Part shown: piece after piece, positions 1-12,958 of the stretch
Numbering within the stretch: the first letter of the stretch is position 1
Layout of the letters: each line of letters opens with the position of its first letter
From: Tubulanus polymorphus
Lineage: Eukaryota; Animalia; Nemertea
Assembly: GCF_964204645.1 (NCBI RefSeq)
Contig: NC_134026.1
Span: 18,324,150 to 18,388,149, forward strand
DNA length: 64,000 nucleotides
Direction of reading: 5' to 3'
The notes under the pieces: model-generated
Databases searched by the model: none
The model's input: only the letters and a program-made list of their open reading frames with translations
Told to the model about the DNA's origin: nothing
Program-made: the position numbers and the translations under genes

Positions 1-140
1 CCTTGGTATTAATACAACTAACAGTCAGATGAGTGAAATGCGTTACCGTACGACATTTTACACAGCTATAGGGCGTCTGCTGATGGTTGATTTAGGAGAA
101 GATGAAGAGAAATTCGAACAATTCATGATGCCATTAACTA
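1..140 (+). CDS. XPO7: XPO7 exon (partial)
   Basis: [46 protein letters not shown]; donor GTAAGT at 141. Confidence 0.93.
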
Positions 141-3100
141 GTAAGTATCATCTTCATTGATGAATGATGTAGGATTTTTATCATTACATGTATTTCTTTT
201 AATTGCAAAGTTGCCCATAGGTATGGTTATGTTGTTCAAATGATACATGGCCTTGTATGTATAAATTGTCTGTCATTTATTCTCATTGAATGACACTGCT
301 AAGTAGTGTTTTCAAAGGATAGCTGCCAACAGAAATTACCATTAGATTGCCTTGGTTTCTCTAGAATTGTATTATTTAAAGCAAAATGGTAATTGAATCA
401 ATGTCACTTTGGTGAGGAAGAATGTAATCTAAAGGGGCAGTCCTAATCTATTTGTCAAACTAGTCCTCGTACATTCATTTGTTCCCCATACATGCCATCC
501 TCAGTTATATGGATGCCCCTTTTAAGGTTACAGTCTAACCTTGAATTGTGATCATAAAGCATCAATTTCAAAAACAATTTATTTTCCTAGACATAATTGC
601 AAAACCTTATTGATAGTGTACAACTTCTATGATGTTCTAGGTGCATTTGAAGCTGTTGGCCAGCTTTTATCTAGTGCTGATACTCCAATATTCCGTGCAG
701 AAGAAGCAAAGGTAATTAATTGAAAATGACATATTTCATGCCGCTTGTATTGTCACGTTCATGTTATGATGGTATGGTGTATATTTTTTTTAGAGATCAT
801 TGATCGGACTTGCCAGAGATTTACGCGGGGTCGCATTTGCTTTCAACACTAAGACGAGTTACATGATGCTGTTCGACTGGATGTATCCTTTTCACTCTTA
901 TTTGCAATGTTGTAGAGACTGCTTTTGAAATATGATGGCTGCCTACATAACTGGTAATCTTGCTATGATTTGTCACATAGTAAGTAAGTCGATGATTTAT
1001 TTAAGATCTTCGATTTCCTCGATTCTGGACTCTGTATATGGTCAAAAATTTTCCGTGAAATATTTACTGTACCAATGCTGCCAGCATAAGGCAAATTTTA
1101 CTGCATATTCAGTATAGGAATTTGATGGATGAAGCCTTGATAGTAGCTTATTTGATATACTTGTATTATTTAGATATTCAATCAACCAAAATCTGAATGA
1201 ACCTTTTCAGTGTCAGGTTGAATGCGAGAATTCACTGCATCTTCATATACACGTATTTGTATCACTTTTGGTAAAGAAAAGCAATATCGTGAAGGTATGC
1301 TGATATGCACAATGGCTTTATGGATGACGCATTCATTACTTGGGGGGATTGAGCTCAGATAATATTGGCTGGCTGAATTGCATAATAGTACACTTTGCTT
1401 TTGAGATGGGCTCTTCCTTGAACCTTATTGCGGTATGGAAAAATAGTCCTGCCCTTATCACGCTCATGAATGCATAGTTTTGCGGTACGTTATTGTCCGT
1501 ATGCGGTAGATTGGGAACTGAACTGTGAGGTAATAGTGTACATGTTATTGTCTCGGTGCTATCAAATGGCTATTAATCTTTTAACCAATCCCAGATATCC
1601 TACATATACTCCTATACTGCTACGAGCCATCGAATTGTGGTACTGTGATCCGTCAGTTACCACGCCCGTATTAAAACTGATGGCTGAAGTAGCTCAAAAT
1701 CGTTCGACGCGATTGCAGTTCGACGTAGCTTCACCTAATGGGATTCTACTCTTCCGCGAGATCAGTCAAATGATTACTGCTTATGGTAAGTAAAGGGAGT
1801 ACTGGCACTCCACGAAGATTGCGTCGCTATACAGCTGGATTTACATACATTGTGTTCACATTGTGGAGATTATTTCAATCAAAATTGAACTTAATATATT
1901 TTTCAATCAGATACATGATAGTAGAAAATCAAAAAGATACAAGATTGACTTAGGCCCCCTAACCAATTTTTCATTAACGATTGAAAGTTGGTTTTATTAA
2001 GGCCCGGCATCATGATGTTGGGGGCCTAGAGTGATCGCCCTGTCCATCTGGCTATCCCTCCATTTTTTGTTTCCGGATGATAATTAATTTTATTCTGTAG
2101 TACATTACTATAAAAATGAAAGATTTTACTGAAGGTCCTACTGTTGATTACTGATTAATTTGAACATTTTCTTTCATATTTCAATGAAATGTTACTGAAA
2201 TAAATTCTATTTGTTACTGATAGCACTTGTAAGAAGTTGGCAGCCCTGATGTATCAGTGAGATCCTCACAGAATTCTCGCTTGCCACAGAAGCTCTGCCA
2301 TCCCATTGTTACAATCATGAACTCTTTAAGCCAACAGTATGGGGCAATACTTCCTCTCACTTTAAAGAGTTACAGGCTGTTAGTTTGAAACTTTTCATGG
2401 ATCTTTGTTTGTAGGATCTAGAATACTTACTCTGGGTGACATTCCAAAGGATCAGGTTTACCAGCTGAAATTGAAAGGCGTGTCGATATGTTTTTCGATG
2501 TTGAAAGCAGCTCTTTGTGGGAACTATGTGAATTTCGGTGGTTTCCGTCTGTATGGTGACAAAGCGCTCGACGATGCATTGGAAATGTTTGTCAAATTAC
2601 TTCTGTCCATATCTCAGAATGATTTACTGGTAAGATTATATCTTAAGATTAGATCATGACAGCTTATTTAGAATGACTTCATCCTAGGCCCAGGTCCTAT
2701 GATTGTGTTTAAGCACCCTTTATGTAGCTCCTAGAAAAAAAGTATATCATTGCCTTATATATTATGTGTATCGTGCCCATCGATTGCACGATACTATTTG
2801 ATAGAATAATGATAAGTAGAATCATTGTTATGATAACATCTGAGTTGTTTGACCATTATTTTTATCCAGTCGAAGAGACATGATTCTGAACTACTGAAAT
2901 TCACCTGGATGTCTAACTTTTCTATATTCAATGCCATTCAATGAAGAATTTTTGGCAATCCTTCAAGACAGTGTAAAATGGATTAAAAATCGTTGTTTCA
3001 GTTCAGCTGCCCATCTGTATTGGTCATTTAGATACATATACCGGTACATTTATCTGGTACCAGTAGGTACTACCATAACTAACTAAGCTAGGCTACCCAA

Positions 3101-6100
3101 CGTCCTCTCAAGCAGAGTTGAAATAGACATTAGTCTTCTTCAAAGTATTTGATATGAATATCTGAATACTAGACAACACCGATATCTTAGCTCTTTTAAA
3201 ATGATCAGTTCAAAGTTCGATTGATTCTACTACAGAAATACGAAACCACCAAGCAAGCTTTCAGTACAACCATGTCAGCAAGCCCATTTTTTGAATTTCT
3301 TTCTTGTTTATTTTTCTTGCACAGGAATATCCAAAACTGAGCCAAACATATTACAGTTTATTAGATTGTCTCGCACAAGACCATATGACATTCATCAGTA
3401 ATTTAGAACTACAAGTATTTCTCTACATTCTATCTACAATATCCGAAGGTTTGACTGCTCTTGGTAAGTTACAATGGGTATACATCATTTATCCAGGTCA
3501 TTCACAAAATCATCAATGTCATAAATTCTGTTGTTTGTAGTTAGGTACTTGCATTATCATTGATTCATACTAGATCTGACGTGTAACTTTGGTACTGAAT
3601 AAAAAGTCCCACACTAAAAATGAAAAGTAATTCACTACGTTTATCAGACTGAAACCACAATATTTTTGCTGTTGACTAATGACCATCATCATCATGATAG
3701 TATTTTACAGCCATCATTGTGATGATGTCTTAGTCAGCAGCCAAAACATTGAGGTTTAAGTCTTAACATAAAGAATTATTTTTGACTGTCGGACCTTTTA
3801 TTTACTTGATTTCGTATTGTATTTCGTGTAGAATTTTCTCCGCCAATGTGTAAGTATAGTTAACATCTCATGCGTTCTACAGAATAAAGTGACATGGCTT
3901 CGCGAACTTCAGTTGATATAATCCCCCGGATACCAGGCTGCTGTTTTTGCACTGGGATGATGGACTTTGAGAATGGCTTTTTCCGTGTGTTCACAAAATC
4001 ATGATTTATTATTATCATTATTACTTTTATCAATGTAGTCTGGAGTTTGAAGGGTTAATGGATAGGGTGTCGAGATACAATACCGTAAACAACTATTCCA
4101 TCTATCTAGTTTCTATGTTGATGGTAGGGAAGGCGGCATTCTCTCTTACAGGGATCTGAACATAATGATATTGAGAATCTGCTAACAGTATAGAAGCCTG
4201 CCATAATATAGCCGTTTCATAGCTATTGACAAAAACAAACCAATCAGGAGAAACTTGCCAGCATTTGTGCCTAATTTGACTCATGATAAGCACTGAAACA
4301 CCTGCATTGAATGGTCTCTCACATGGATAAACAATGCTCATTTTAGGTGTCTACGGCCTCCTCCTTCCCTTGTCAAGGATGGCTTCGGCTGTTGTAGGAA
4401 CTGATGTAATCCCCTGATTTAATCCTTTCCTACAGTATACAGTCACAACGACTGTATCGCTATTTCCAGTAAACTCACCAGCTATTCACAGAGAGTACAC
4501 TAAGGTGCTTTCCTCTAACAACTAACCGCAAATTAATGGTAGGTGGTATTAAGGTCGAAGTATTGCAATTTCATCAAAGTAAAAAATTGATAATTTAATG
4601 AGGAAAATGGGGTATACTAAACAGCTTGATATGGCCTTAGTCATGAAAGTTGATAAAGCAAGAATGATTTATTTGAATGTATTTTTTTCAAAGGTTAGAA
4701 TTAGATAAGACACGACAAGCTTGTAGTCAAAAGGCATCTTTTGATAACGCGAAAACAGCCACACTGATGGTTTGATATGGCAGCGGCTCATGCTTTTAGT
4801 AGAATCTTAATGACAATATGGTTCAACTCCAGTAAGGCAGGGTTGGATGAGGGGAGTCCTCAATGATATTTTTTCACACATACATATCCATTCCATCGAT
4901 CTCTTATTATTTGGTAGCAGGTGTCGTATTTTTTCTAGGGAATATTGAGTTGTGACGATTCCTGTTCACCTGTGTTCACTCTTTTTTTCCTGGAGATGAG
5001 ACTATAATAGACTGCTTGCTATGACAACAACACAATATTGCGTAGAATAATGTTTCGCTTCCAGTTGTCGAGAGTTGGATCAATTGAACTGAAATAACTC
5101 AGTCGGTTTTTATGGCCCATTCGCTTACTCAGAATTCTAAATCTGTACTGTTTATAATGTCCCCTGTTGCCACTTCTGGTTGAGCAAAATTCTGAAATAC
5201 CTATGGCTTAAGTCTTCATTAACTACTGTACTGTACTAATCAAGTCCCATCTGTCAATTCCCGTCCAAGTATTCACTTTTCAAAGGTTAGAAATTGCGTC
5301 TTATGCAAAATGAGGTATCCCATCAGATAACGTAACCAACAGTTGGTCTTATACAGCCATGGATTTCTTTGAATAAACTTTGAAGAAGAGATTGACTTTT
5401 TTGACTTGATAGCATGTATTTGGTAAACATGTTAGTCGATTAATAATTGGTTCCAAAACAGGTCAATAACAACAATTTGGATGCTAGGTGATAAAATACA
5501 TTGTCAATTCCAGAAAAATTTCGGGGTCAACTATGACAGGAGTAACACTTTCAGACACTTTCAAATCTTTGAGTAAGAGGGTCCAGAAAATACCCCCAAT
5601 TACAACATATGTTTTTTATGTGGTGATATTTTTTACGGTGTCAAAAGGTAGCTAGATAATGGTAGAATTAGAAGAACATAACTATGAAAACGATATATTT
5701 TCATCAACAGTTTGTCAGTTTCTCGATGCTTATTGGAGAGAAAATGAATGATCGCATGTTTGTTGCTAGGAATAGTGTTTTTGGAAGTGTTCTTTTTTGA
5801 GTGAATTCTCAAAGTGTGTTTGTTGTCAATGTTGATCTTCTTAAGTCATTTATGTGAGTGTGTGCCAGTACCGTCACTATAAGCCGCGACCACACGACAA
5901 CTAGTTAGACCGGTCTGAAACACTGTTGTTCAAACATGATTCAAAACATGGAAGTAAAACGGATGATGATTGCGACATACGAATACGAATATTTGATACA
6001 CTCCAAACATTTCCATGGTATGGGAGGAAAATACAGTACTCAAAATCAATTACGTAAACGGTAATAAAAGCATTTAAAACTTAATAAATTGCAGAGGTTG

Positions 6101-9100
6101 CAACATCTACCGTAGAGATTCAGAATTACGATTTTGACCAGACCTGGTACCAGTTTCTGTCCACACACATTGATTTAGAAAGGTCAAAAATTTGGACCGG
6201 ACCTGGTTCGCTCTTTTAGACCGTGCCAAATTAGACTGGTCTACACTAGATTGGTTCGATTTGAAACGGTATTTTTGCCCATTTGAAAGCTTGGTCGGGT
6301 CTACATTGGACTTGACTAAATTTAGACTGGTCTAAATTTCGTCGTGCGAACGCAGCTATTGTAATAGTGATCAACTATTTTTCCTGCAGGTTGTAGAATT
6401 GTATCATTGCTAATAAGATTCATATTCTAAAAACCCACTATGTACAAATTAAAATAATTTTAAAATCGAGAATTTATTTATTCAAAACAATCTAAAATAT
6501 AAGAACACAATGTATCGATCTCACCCTAGAGATCATCGTCAGGTGTGAGATATTGACTAAAAACAGGAGTATATATACAGAGGAAAACAGGTTAGTTGAG
6601 TAAATTGGTGAATGAGTAAGTAATAAGTGTTTGGCAAGGCAAATGGCTTTTCTCCGCACAATTCTCTTCTTTCTAAGTATATTACTTCATGCCTTGCCAA
6701 ACACTTATTACTTACTCATTTTTTTGAATGTTTGAATTTCTTTCATTTTTAATCGTGAAGGTTTCACTTCCGCATCTGGATAGAACACCAATCGCTTCCA
6801 TGAACTGGCTAAGACTATGGCCCTGGTTTCTAGGCAACATGGTCTTGTCACATGAATCTAATTTTTGTGGAAAAATTGTGAATACCAACCAGAGATTTGA
6901 CTCGCCATACAAAGTATCCAGGGATGAAAATCTTCCGTGGAGTCACGGATTTCCTCGGTTGAAAAGAATGAGTTTTTATCATTCTTGAGATTGATGTAGA
7001 TCCGTTGAGATAATGATGGGGGGTTAGGTCTTGGGGAAAAGTTGAGAGATCGTATAAAACCCGTGCTACGATCTCTGAAATCTTTTTTTACAACATCATT
7101 GCGAAACACCGCCGTTGTCTAGAACCACTGTACAGATCAGTAATATCAAAAATTAATAAAGTCCTCTTTATGTATTTTTGATAATATATATACATGTAAT
7201 AACGCTGCGCAGGAAATCTATATTTAGAATCTGAGGTCGCGCGCTTCAATTCATCCAACAAAGCATAGCCTATGTGCTCAATAAAAGTAGTGAATGTTTT
7301 AATCCTTTTCATGTACTCAAGGCATAAACAACAAACAATCAACCGCGTGGCAGCAGTCTTATTTTGTCATTGGAAAATGGGCATCAGACGTGCCAAAAAC
7401 TCCTTGAAATTTCAAAATTTAATAGAAATAGAAGGTTTACAGGTGACTCCCACTTTCAGTTCAGCCTGAGCTCCATGGTAAGGCAGAACTTAGGAATGGT
7501 CATCGACTTGAAAAAAAGGCATGGGATTATACCGTCCTCTTGAAGGGTTAGGCGCTCCTACCCTTCCCTGAGTTGATGTTTCATTCCAGTGATATGACCT
7601 GGGAATGAATCTGGCTAATGTAGAACAGTTGGGGGGCTGGGAATATCACAATTTTTCAAATAGAATTTGTCTTCTCTAGCTTCTTCTTACCAGTACAGGT
7701 TATTCCCTTCCCTCCCCTTTCTGGTCAAGCTGGTAAGATATAATGATATGCTGAAAAGGTGTTGCAAGGTACAACTAATGCTGATCTGTATGACGCATGG
7801 TTTAATGTACCTATTTTTTTCCTGATGTACATGTATGTCTCTCTGTCTTTGATGCCTCTCAATGATTTAACTGAAGTTGTAAAATAGTGCTTGAATAAGA
7901 AAATTGCTTTGCGAAAATGGAAATGTTTGCAACTTGCGTTGACATTTTATCCTCTCTTATCTCAGTAGTTACCTCTGGTAAGCAGCTTTAACCCATTCAT
8001 GCCATTTTTGGTTCGAAGAATGAGAACCTAAGCTATGGTCAAGTTGCAGTCATGAAGTCACGTGACAGGATCGGAAGATTTCTTTTTCAGATTGAGTGAT
8101 ACGCCCCAATGAAATAGGTCCACATACGTAATTCGCTTGTCTTAAGAATATTAAAATTATCATGATAAATATATTCAAATATTCTGAATTATATCAATTT
8201 TTTAAATCATGCGTAATGAACGCCGATTTAGCGGTTAAAACAAATCATTACATCTACTTGCGCATAAATACACCATCAATGCTGAGTCTGTTAAAGCGCC
8301 AGTACCCGTACGTACAGCCATACACACGTTGACGCCAACACGCTTCCACTTCAAAAGTTAAGAACAAAATTTTAGAAATATTTGTTATGCGATTTACACC
8401 AAATAAACCTTTAAAGTAAGGTATTTAGCATTGGATATTATGCCGAAAATTCCAGATTGATACACTACATAGTTTTTCAAGTAAGCGCATTTTTAGTGTT
8501 AACTAATTATGTTGATTGACAGGCAGGCTCAGCTGTGCGCCTCGATTGATGACGTCAGATATAAACAATAACATTACCACGTGTGCAATGCAAACGGAAA
8601 ACAAATTGAATTTTTTTAAACAAACTTCTCTAATGGAATATCAATTTCTTTTCATAATTTGCCTTTCTTTTATGTAATACATAATTTATACATCAGACTT
8701 TGCTTCGAACCTCAGAACTTCAAAGTCCTCTTGTCTATAACGGTAATGATGAATTTGTATCATTTCTTCCCATATTCATCTTCAAGCATACCTCCGATTT
8801 AGGTGTTAAATTGTTTGTGTCAATGTTTACGATCTCTTTTTTTTCAAATTTGTTTCCCTTCTTGATGCATCTTCTACACATGATGGAAATGATATTTTTT
8901 CGGAGTTGGGTAGTCAGTGTATGTTGTCCGGGTAAGAGCTGGCCATTCTCCCTTGGCTAGACTGCCATTGCAGGAAACCCTGCTTGATTAGCCCTGGTAC
9001 ACATGTACTTGAGTTCCTTAGCTGCAAGAAAATGTGCCACAGCAATCAGATGGCCTGTTGCATAATCATTAAGCCAATTCATGGATAAATAGAATAACCA

Positions 9101-12100
9101 GGTACACATGCCAGCCGAGGGAGGATGGAGCTGGTAGACTGGTGGTAGCTGCAGATTGCACACCGATCATGGCTATTGGATCTGAACCAAATTTTTCAGG
9201 AACGTTTCTCGTTTATGTTTTAAAGCGGAAAAATATGCATAGAATGAAATGTAACACTTGGTATGACTGGTATGATGATAAAGTTTTTTCTGTTAGATTT
9301 AGAAAATTGTCGAGCTGTGGCTTAGTTCATGTAGTAAAGCAAAATCAACTTAATATACCTTAGATTTGAAGTGACATGTATTTTGATTGCATATTTTATT
9401 CATTCATCAATGTCAATGGTTAAGTGACACTAGTCATCCTTAACTGTCGCAAATGCCACAAAGTTAAACTTACTTTTTGTCCTGTTAGTCAAGACTAGCC
9501 ATGGTTGTTTTCATTTTTTTGCTTTGAAAACATTTGATGTTATTAAAGATAATCTTCCAATGGTGACCTATAGTCACCAAATGTGTAAGATTTGTGGACC
9601 TGTTGTTCATTATTTACAACATCATTGCAAAACACCACTGAGTGCCACTCATTATTGATCTTTTCTTTTATATTTAGATACAATGGTATGTGCTGGTTGC
9701 TGTGCTACACTGGACAATATAATCACTTATCTATTTAATAAACTGACTAAAAAACATAAGAAACCGCATCCAAATGCTGTGCAAGATAGTGAAGCTTTCC
9801 TTCGTATTCTAGAATTACATCCTGATATATTGAGAGGGGTAAGCTAAATGTAATATGGAATATTTCAGGTTCTATGAATACATGCTATTATTTATTTGTG
9901 GTTTATTGAATGCCAGTACATGTACTTGAAATGCGTATCAACTAAGAGAGAGAGAGGCGCAGTGGCCGAGTGGTTTAAAACGCACTGGTCTTGTCAATCC
10001 AGGGTTTATGGGTTCAAACGCTGGTGGCGTCAGAGTTTCTAGGTCGAAGGTTCTCTGCCCCATTGGGAAAAGTAAACATGGAATCCACTTTTAATGCCCT
10101 GCGTGGTGCTTAGAAGGTTGAGGGTGTTCAGTTAATGCCTGACAAATGTGTTATTTTCAATTTTCATCTAGCTGTTAATCTCTGAATCCTACATCTAATC
10201 ATTAGACATTAAGATTTAATGAACTCGGTTTAATCTCTAGGATTTGTATTCCACCCAATTTTCATTCATCTTTTGAATATTGTAAAAATTATCGATAGAT
10301 TTTAATTGAAATTCAGTTTTTGATGCTGCAGACCTGGCTCTTGGTAGTCAATTCAGTATTACAGCCAGTGGCCAGGTTCAGCTCGGGTAACCTCCTTGCT
10401 ATCTGACTACGACTTGGAAGCAACTCAGGGTTTACCGCTCAAAATCCAGTTGCTTCCTAATCATTGTCTACTGATTAGTAGCCCTGCCCTTCTGTGTAAG
10501 CGACCAAAATTTTGTTTTTCGGTCTGTACCACTTAATTGTTCCTACACAAAGCTATAGCTGCCTTTATTAAACTGTTTTGATATTTGTTATCATGCTACC
10601 GTTATGCATGTAACATAATTAGTGAATTGAGTGTATTATTTAACCTACTTAAAAATGTCAAATCCCACTTGCTTGAATTAATATGTTGTTACATTCGACG
10701 TTTCGAAATGAAACAGTTTCTCTGAATTGTTCTTCTATTGTTACAGATGTTGTCCACCGTATTGAACATAATAATGTTTGAAGATTGTCGCAACCAGTGG
10801 TCAATGTCGAGACCACTGTTAGGGCTTATACTTCTAAATGAAGAGGTTTGTAAAAAACTAATTAACCTCTAATGGAAATCTGCACCTTGGTCGAATGCAG
10901 GAAAATCGAGATAGATGGCTACCTCACAAGGTGTTATCATCAAATTCCCCTACAGATTTGTTTACAACATATTCGCTTAAAGCCATCACACGCCTTTATC
11001 TGAGTATGAAGGTATCTTCCCTGCCACAAACGATTCAGATTGAGGTTCAATAATAAATACCGCGGGACGAACACTTTTTGTCGATCTTAAAATAGGGATT
11101 GACCCTGTTATTTATTAAAATAGAACACTTAATGCCGGCATGGATGCCAGGTTATCATGCCCTAGATCTAGAATTTCCTTTCCCAATGCTTGGGTGACAT
11201 TAATATATCATGTTTATATTGAAACCTAACAACAAGTCGACCAATCAGCAATCGCGTTACAAAATGCATGCGTAACTATGCATTCAAATAGCATTTACTT
11301 CCACATTCAAAAAGCTGGTTTATATTGAATTTCAATTTACAGGATGATAGAAATAGATCAGTTGTTGGCATCAATCAAACATGCCAAAAGACAATATTGT
11401 TTCGGGTTTAGAAATATGCTAATTTCTATCTGGGTTTAGCTGGGCGACAGGTATGCACATTCAATACAATTCAGGCTAAATCATTGAACAGAAAAATTAA
11501 ATTCATTTCCAGCATGAATGAAAATCTTACATTTAGACTAATTGACCCAAAGTCTGTAGTCCTACCAACCACAGTATCTGTACATTAACTTGCAGATGTA
11601 AAGCATCAACCGCTTAACACCGTACTAGAGTATAATCTACCGATACTTGTTTTGTTAATTGTTTTGGTGTATGTGATAGCAAGACAAATTTTATCACTCA
11701 ATTATACAATAATAGAGAAGGACAAGCACATGTTGGCTGCGGCCGAATAGGGATCCTGTGCCCTTGTGGAAAACTAACATTGTTAATAATGAAGCCATGT
11801 AGCCATGAAGCCATAAAGACCATGTAGAATGATTACACAATCTTATGTCTTACGTTATTTTCAGTACTTCGATGAACTGCGACAATCAATCATCAGTAGT
11901 CAATCCGTCGACAAACAGGCAGACATGGCTCAATGTTTTGAGAAACTCATGGAAGGCATTGAAAGGTCATTGCTCATGAAAAACAGAGACAGGTTAGTGA
12001 AGATCTCTATTTTGTACTGGAAGTACTGAACCTGGTGTATGGTGTGTGACTCGAATGTAGGTAAAATTCCCCCGGTAAATATCCCCCCGGTAAAAATCTC

Positions 12101-12958
12101 ACACGGTAAAAATGCCCCCAATTTCAGTTTTCTGTCAAATTTAAGTAAAAAACCTAAATGAAAATAGATAATACTTTTTACAATAATACTTACAGATAGG
12201 TACACAGATATATTGTTATTACTTTTAAACTAGATTTCTTCATAGAAATGTTCAGATATACGATAATATCATTTTTATGCACGTTTCTAGCTAAAAGTCA
12301 CAGAATAATGTCATATTTATGCACGTAGCTTGGTCAAAGTCATTGATTATCCAAGGTGAATATTGTGAAAAACATTTGAAATGTTTGAAAACTACTATAA
12401 GTTTTTCAACATAATAATTTTGAAGTATTGTGTTGAATATTGCTGTGAAATCAAATTTGGGGGGAGTTTTACCAGGGGGGATTTTCCTGTTACCGTGTGA
12501 CTCTTCTACTACGCTGCACTATTTTCTGCATGTTTTAGGGGATGTGTATGTTACGGACAAAGATCTAACTGCAGTATATATATATTTCAAAGTGATTTTT
12601 ATGATGGGCACATCGCAGTGATAACATTCATTAAGCCCGTATTATACTGTCAGAGGTTGTTATTTTATAATACGAGATTCGACTACGAGTTCACCATAGA
12701 TTATTGCCAATTTTTTTATACCGCTCATTTGATGATATGATTCATGACCTGTATTTCAAAAGCCCAACTTAGTATCTCAAAAGACATTGATAAAGCCCAT
12801 AGGCAATTGTTCATTATTGTTATCATACTTTATCCATACACTTTTGCAGATTTACTCAGAATTTGTCAGTTTTCCGGCGAGACATGAACAATACATTAAA
12901 ATCAGCGGCTAACAATACCAGTGCGACGTCTGTGAATTCGAGTGATATGATGAGCTAG
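1..12958 (+). CDS. XPO7: Exportin-7 (RanBP16), 3' portion, 10 exons: <1-140, 641-711, 794-882, 1595-1785, 2415-2629, 3325-3463, 9678-9838, 10747-10845, 11865-11992, 12850-12958 (stop TAG)
   Basis: The spliced frame is continuous (446 aa + stop) with GT-AG junctions. Peptides [64 protein letters not shown] and [14 protein letters not shown]...DMMS* closely match the vertebrate XPO7 C-terminal half as recalled. Confidence 0.96.
641..711 (+). CDS. XPO7: XPO7 exon
   Basis: ttctag| (S)[23 protein letters not shown] |gtaatt. Confidence 0.9.
794..882 (+). CDS. XPO7: XPO7 exon preceding the U12 intron
   Basis: [29 protein letters not shown](I); donor GTATCCTTT. Confidence 0.92.
883..1594 (+). other. 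U12-type (minor spliceosome) GT-AG intron of XPO7
   Basis: 5' splice site GTATCCTTT (883-891); branch-site-like TCTTTTAAC at 1577-1585, 9 nt before the intron end; no polypyrimidine tract. Confidence 0.85.
1595..1785 (+). CDS. XPO7: XPO7 exon
   Basis: [63 protein letters not shown]. Confidence 0.94.
2415..2629 (+). CDS. XPO7: XPO7 exon
   Basis: [71 protein letters not shown]. Confidence 0.94.
3325..3463 (+). CDS. XPO7: XPO7 exon
   Basis: [46 protein letters not shown]. Confidence 0.94.
5881..6357. mobile_element. Harbinger/PIF-like MITE (related copies ~30585-31070, ~35090-35295, ~38875-39030)
   Basis: Imperfect TIRs agccgcgaccacacgac / gtcgtgcgaacgcagct; internal AGACC/GGTCT sub-repeats. 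Confidence 0.5.
6611..6720. repeat. Perfect 30-bp inverted repeat with 50-nt spacer
   Basis: AATGAGTAAGTAATAAGTGTTTGGCAAGGC (6611-6640) and its exact reverse complement (6691-6720). Confidence 0.9.
7992..9420 (-). mobile_element. Degenerate piggyBac-like element with transposase relics
   Basis: Ends TTAA|CCCATT...AATGG|TTAA. Minus-strand fragments [17 protein letters not shown] and CRRCIKKG resemble piggyBac GxHVYxDN, CGTVRxNRxGFP and the C-terminal Cys-rich domain. Confidence 0.5.
9678..9838 (+). CDS. XPO7: XPO7 exon
   Basis: (D)[53 protein letters not shown]; not in the ORF track. Confidence 0.93.
9956..10150 (+). mobile_element. tRNA-derived SINE (tRNA-Thr(UGU)-like head)
   Basis: A box TGGCCGAGTGG and B box GGTTCAAAC; GCACTGGTCTTGTCAATCCAGGG resembles the tRNA-Thr(TGT) anticodon arm; degenerate stems and a non-tRNA tail. 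Confidence 0.6.
10747..10845 (+). CDS. XPO7: XPO7 exon
   Basis: [33 protein letters not shown]. Confidence 0.94.
11865..11992 (+). CDS. XPO7: XPO7 exon
   Basis: [42 protein letters not shown]. Confidence 0.94.
12053..12494. mobile_element. MULE-like non-autonomous element with 9-bp TSD
   Basis: TSD GTGTGACTC (12044-12052, 12495-12503); tandem GGTAAAAATCCCC-type subterminal repeats; second copy at 58725-59301 in opposite orientation. Confidence 0.8.
12850..12958 (+). CDS. XPO7: XPO7 last coding exon
   Basis: (R)[35 protein letters not shown]. Confidence 0.94.

Noticed and set aside
9956-10032. Functional tRNA gene
   Set aside because: The T-arm and acceptor stem are disrupted and the anticodon loop is irregular; better explained as a SINE head
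141-12849. Intronic snoRNAs in XPO7
   Set aside because: Only scattered TGATGA/CTGA words, with no convincing terminal stem or guide element
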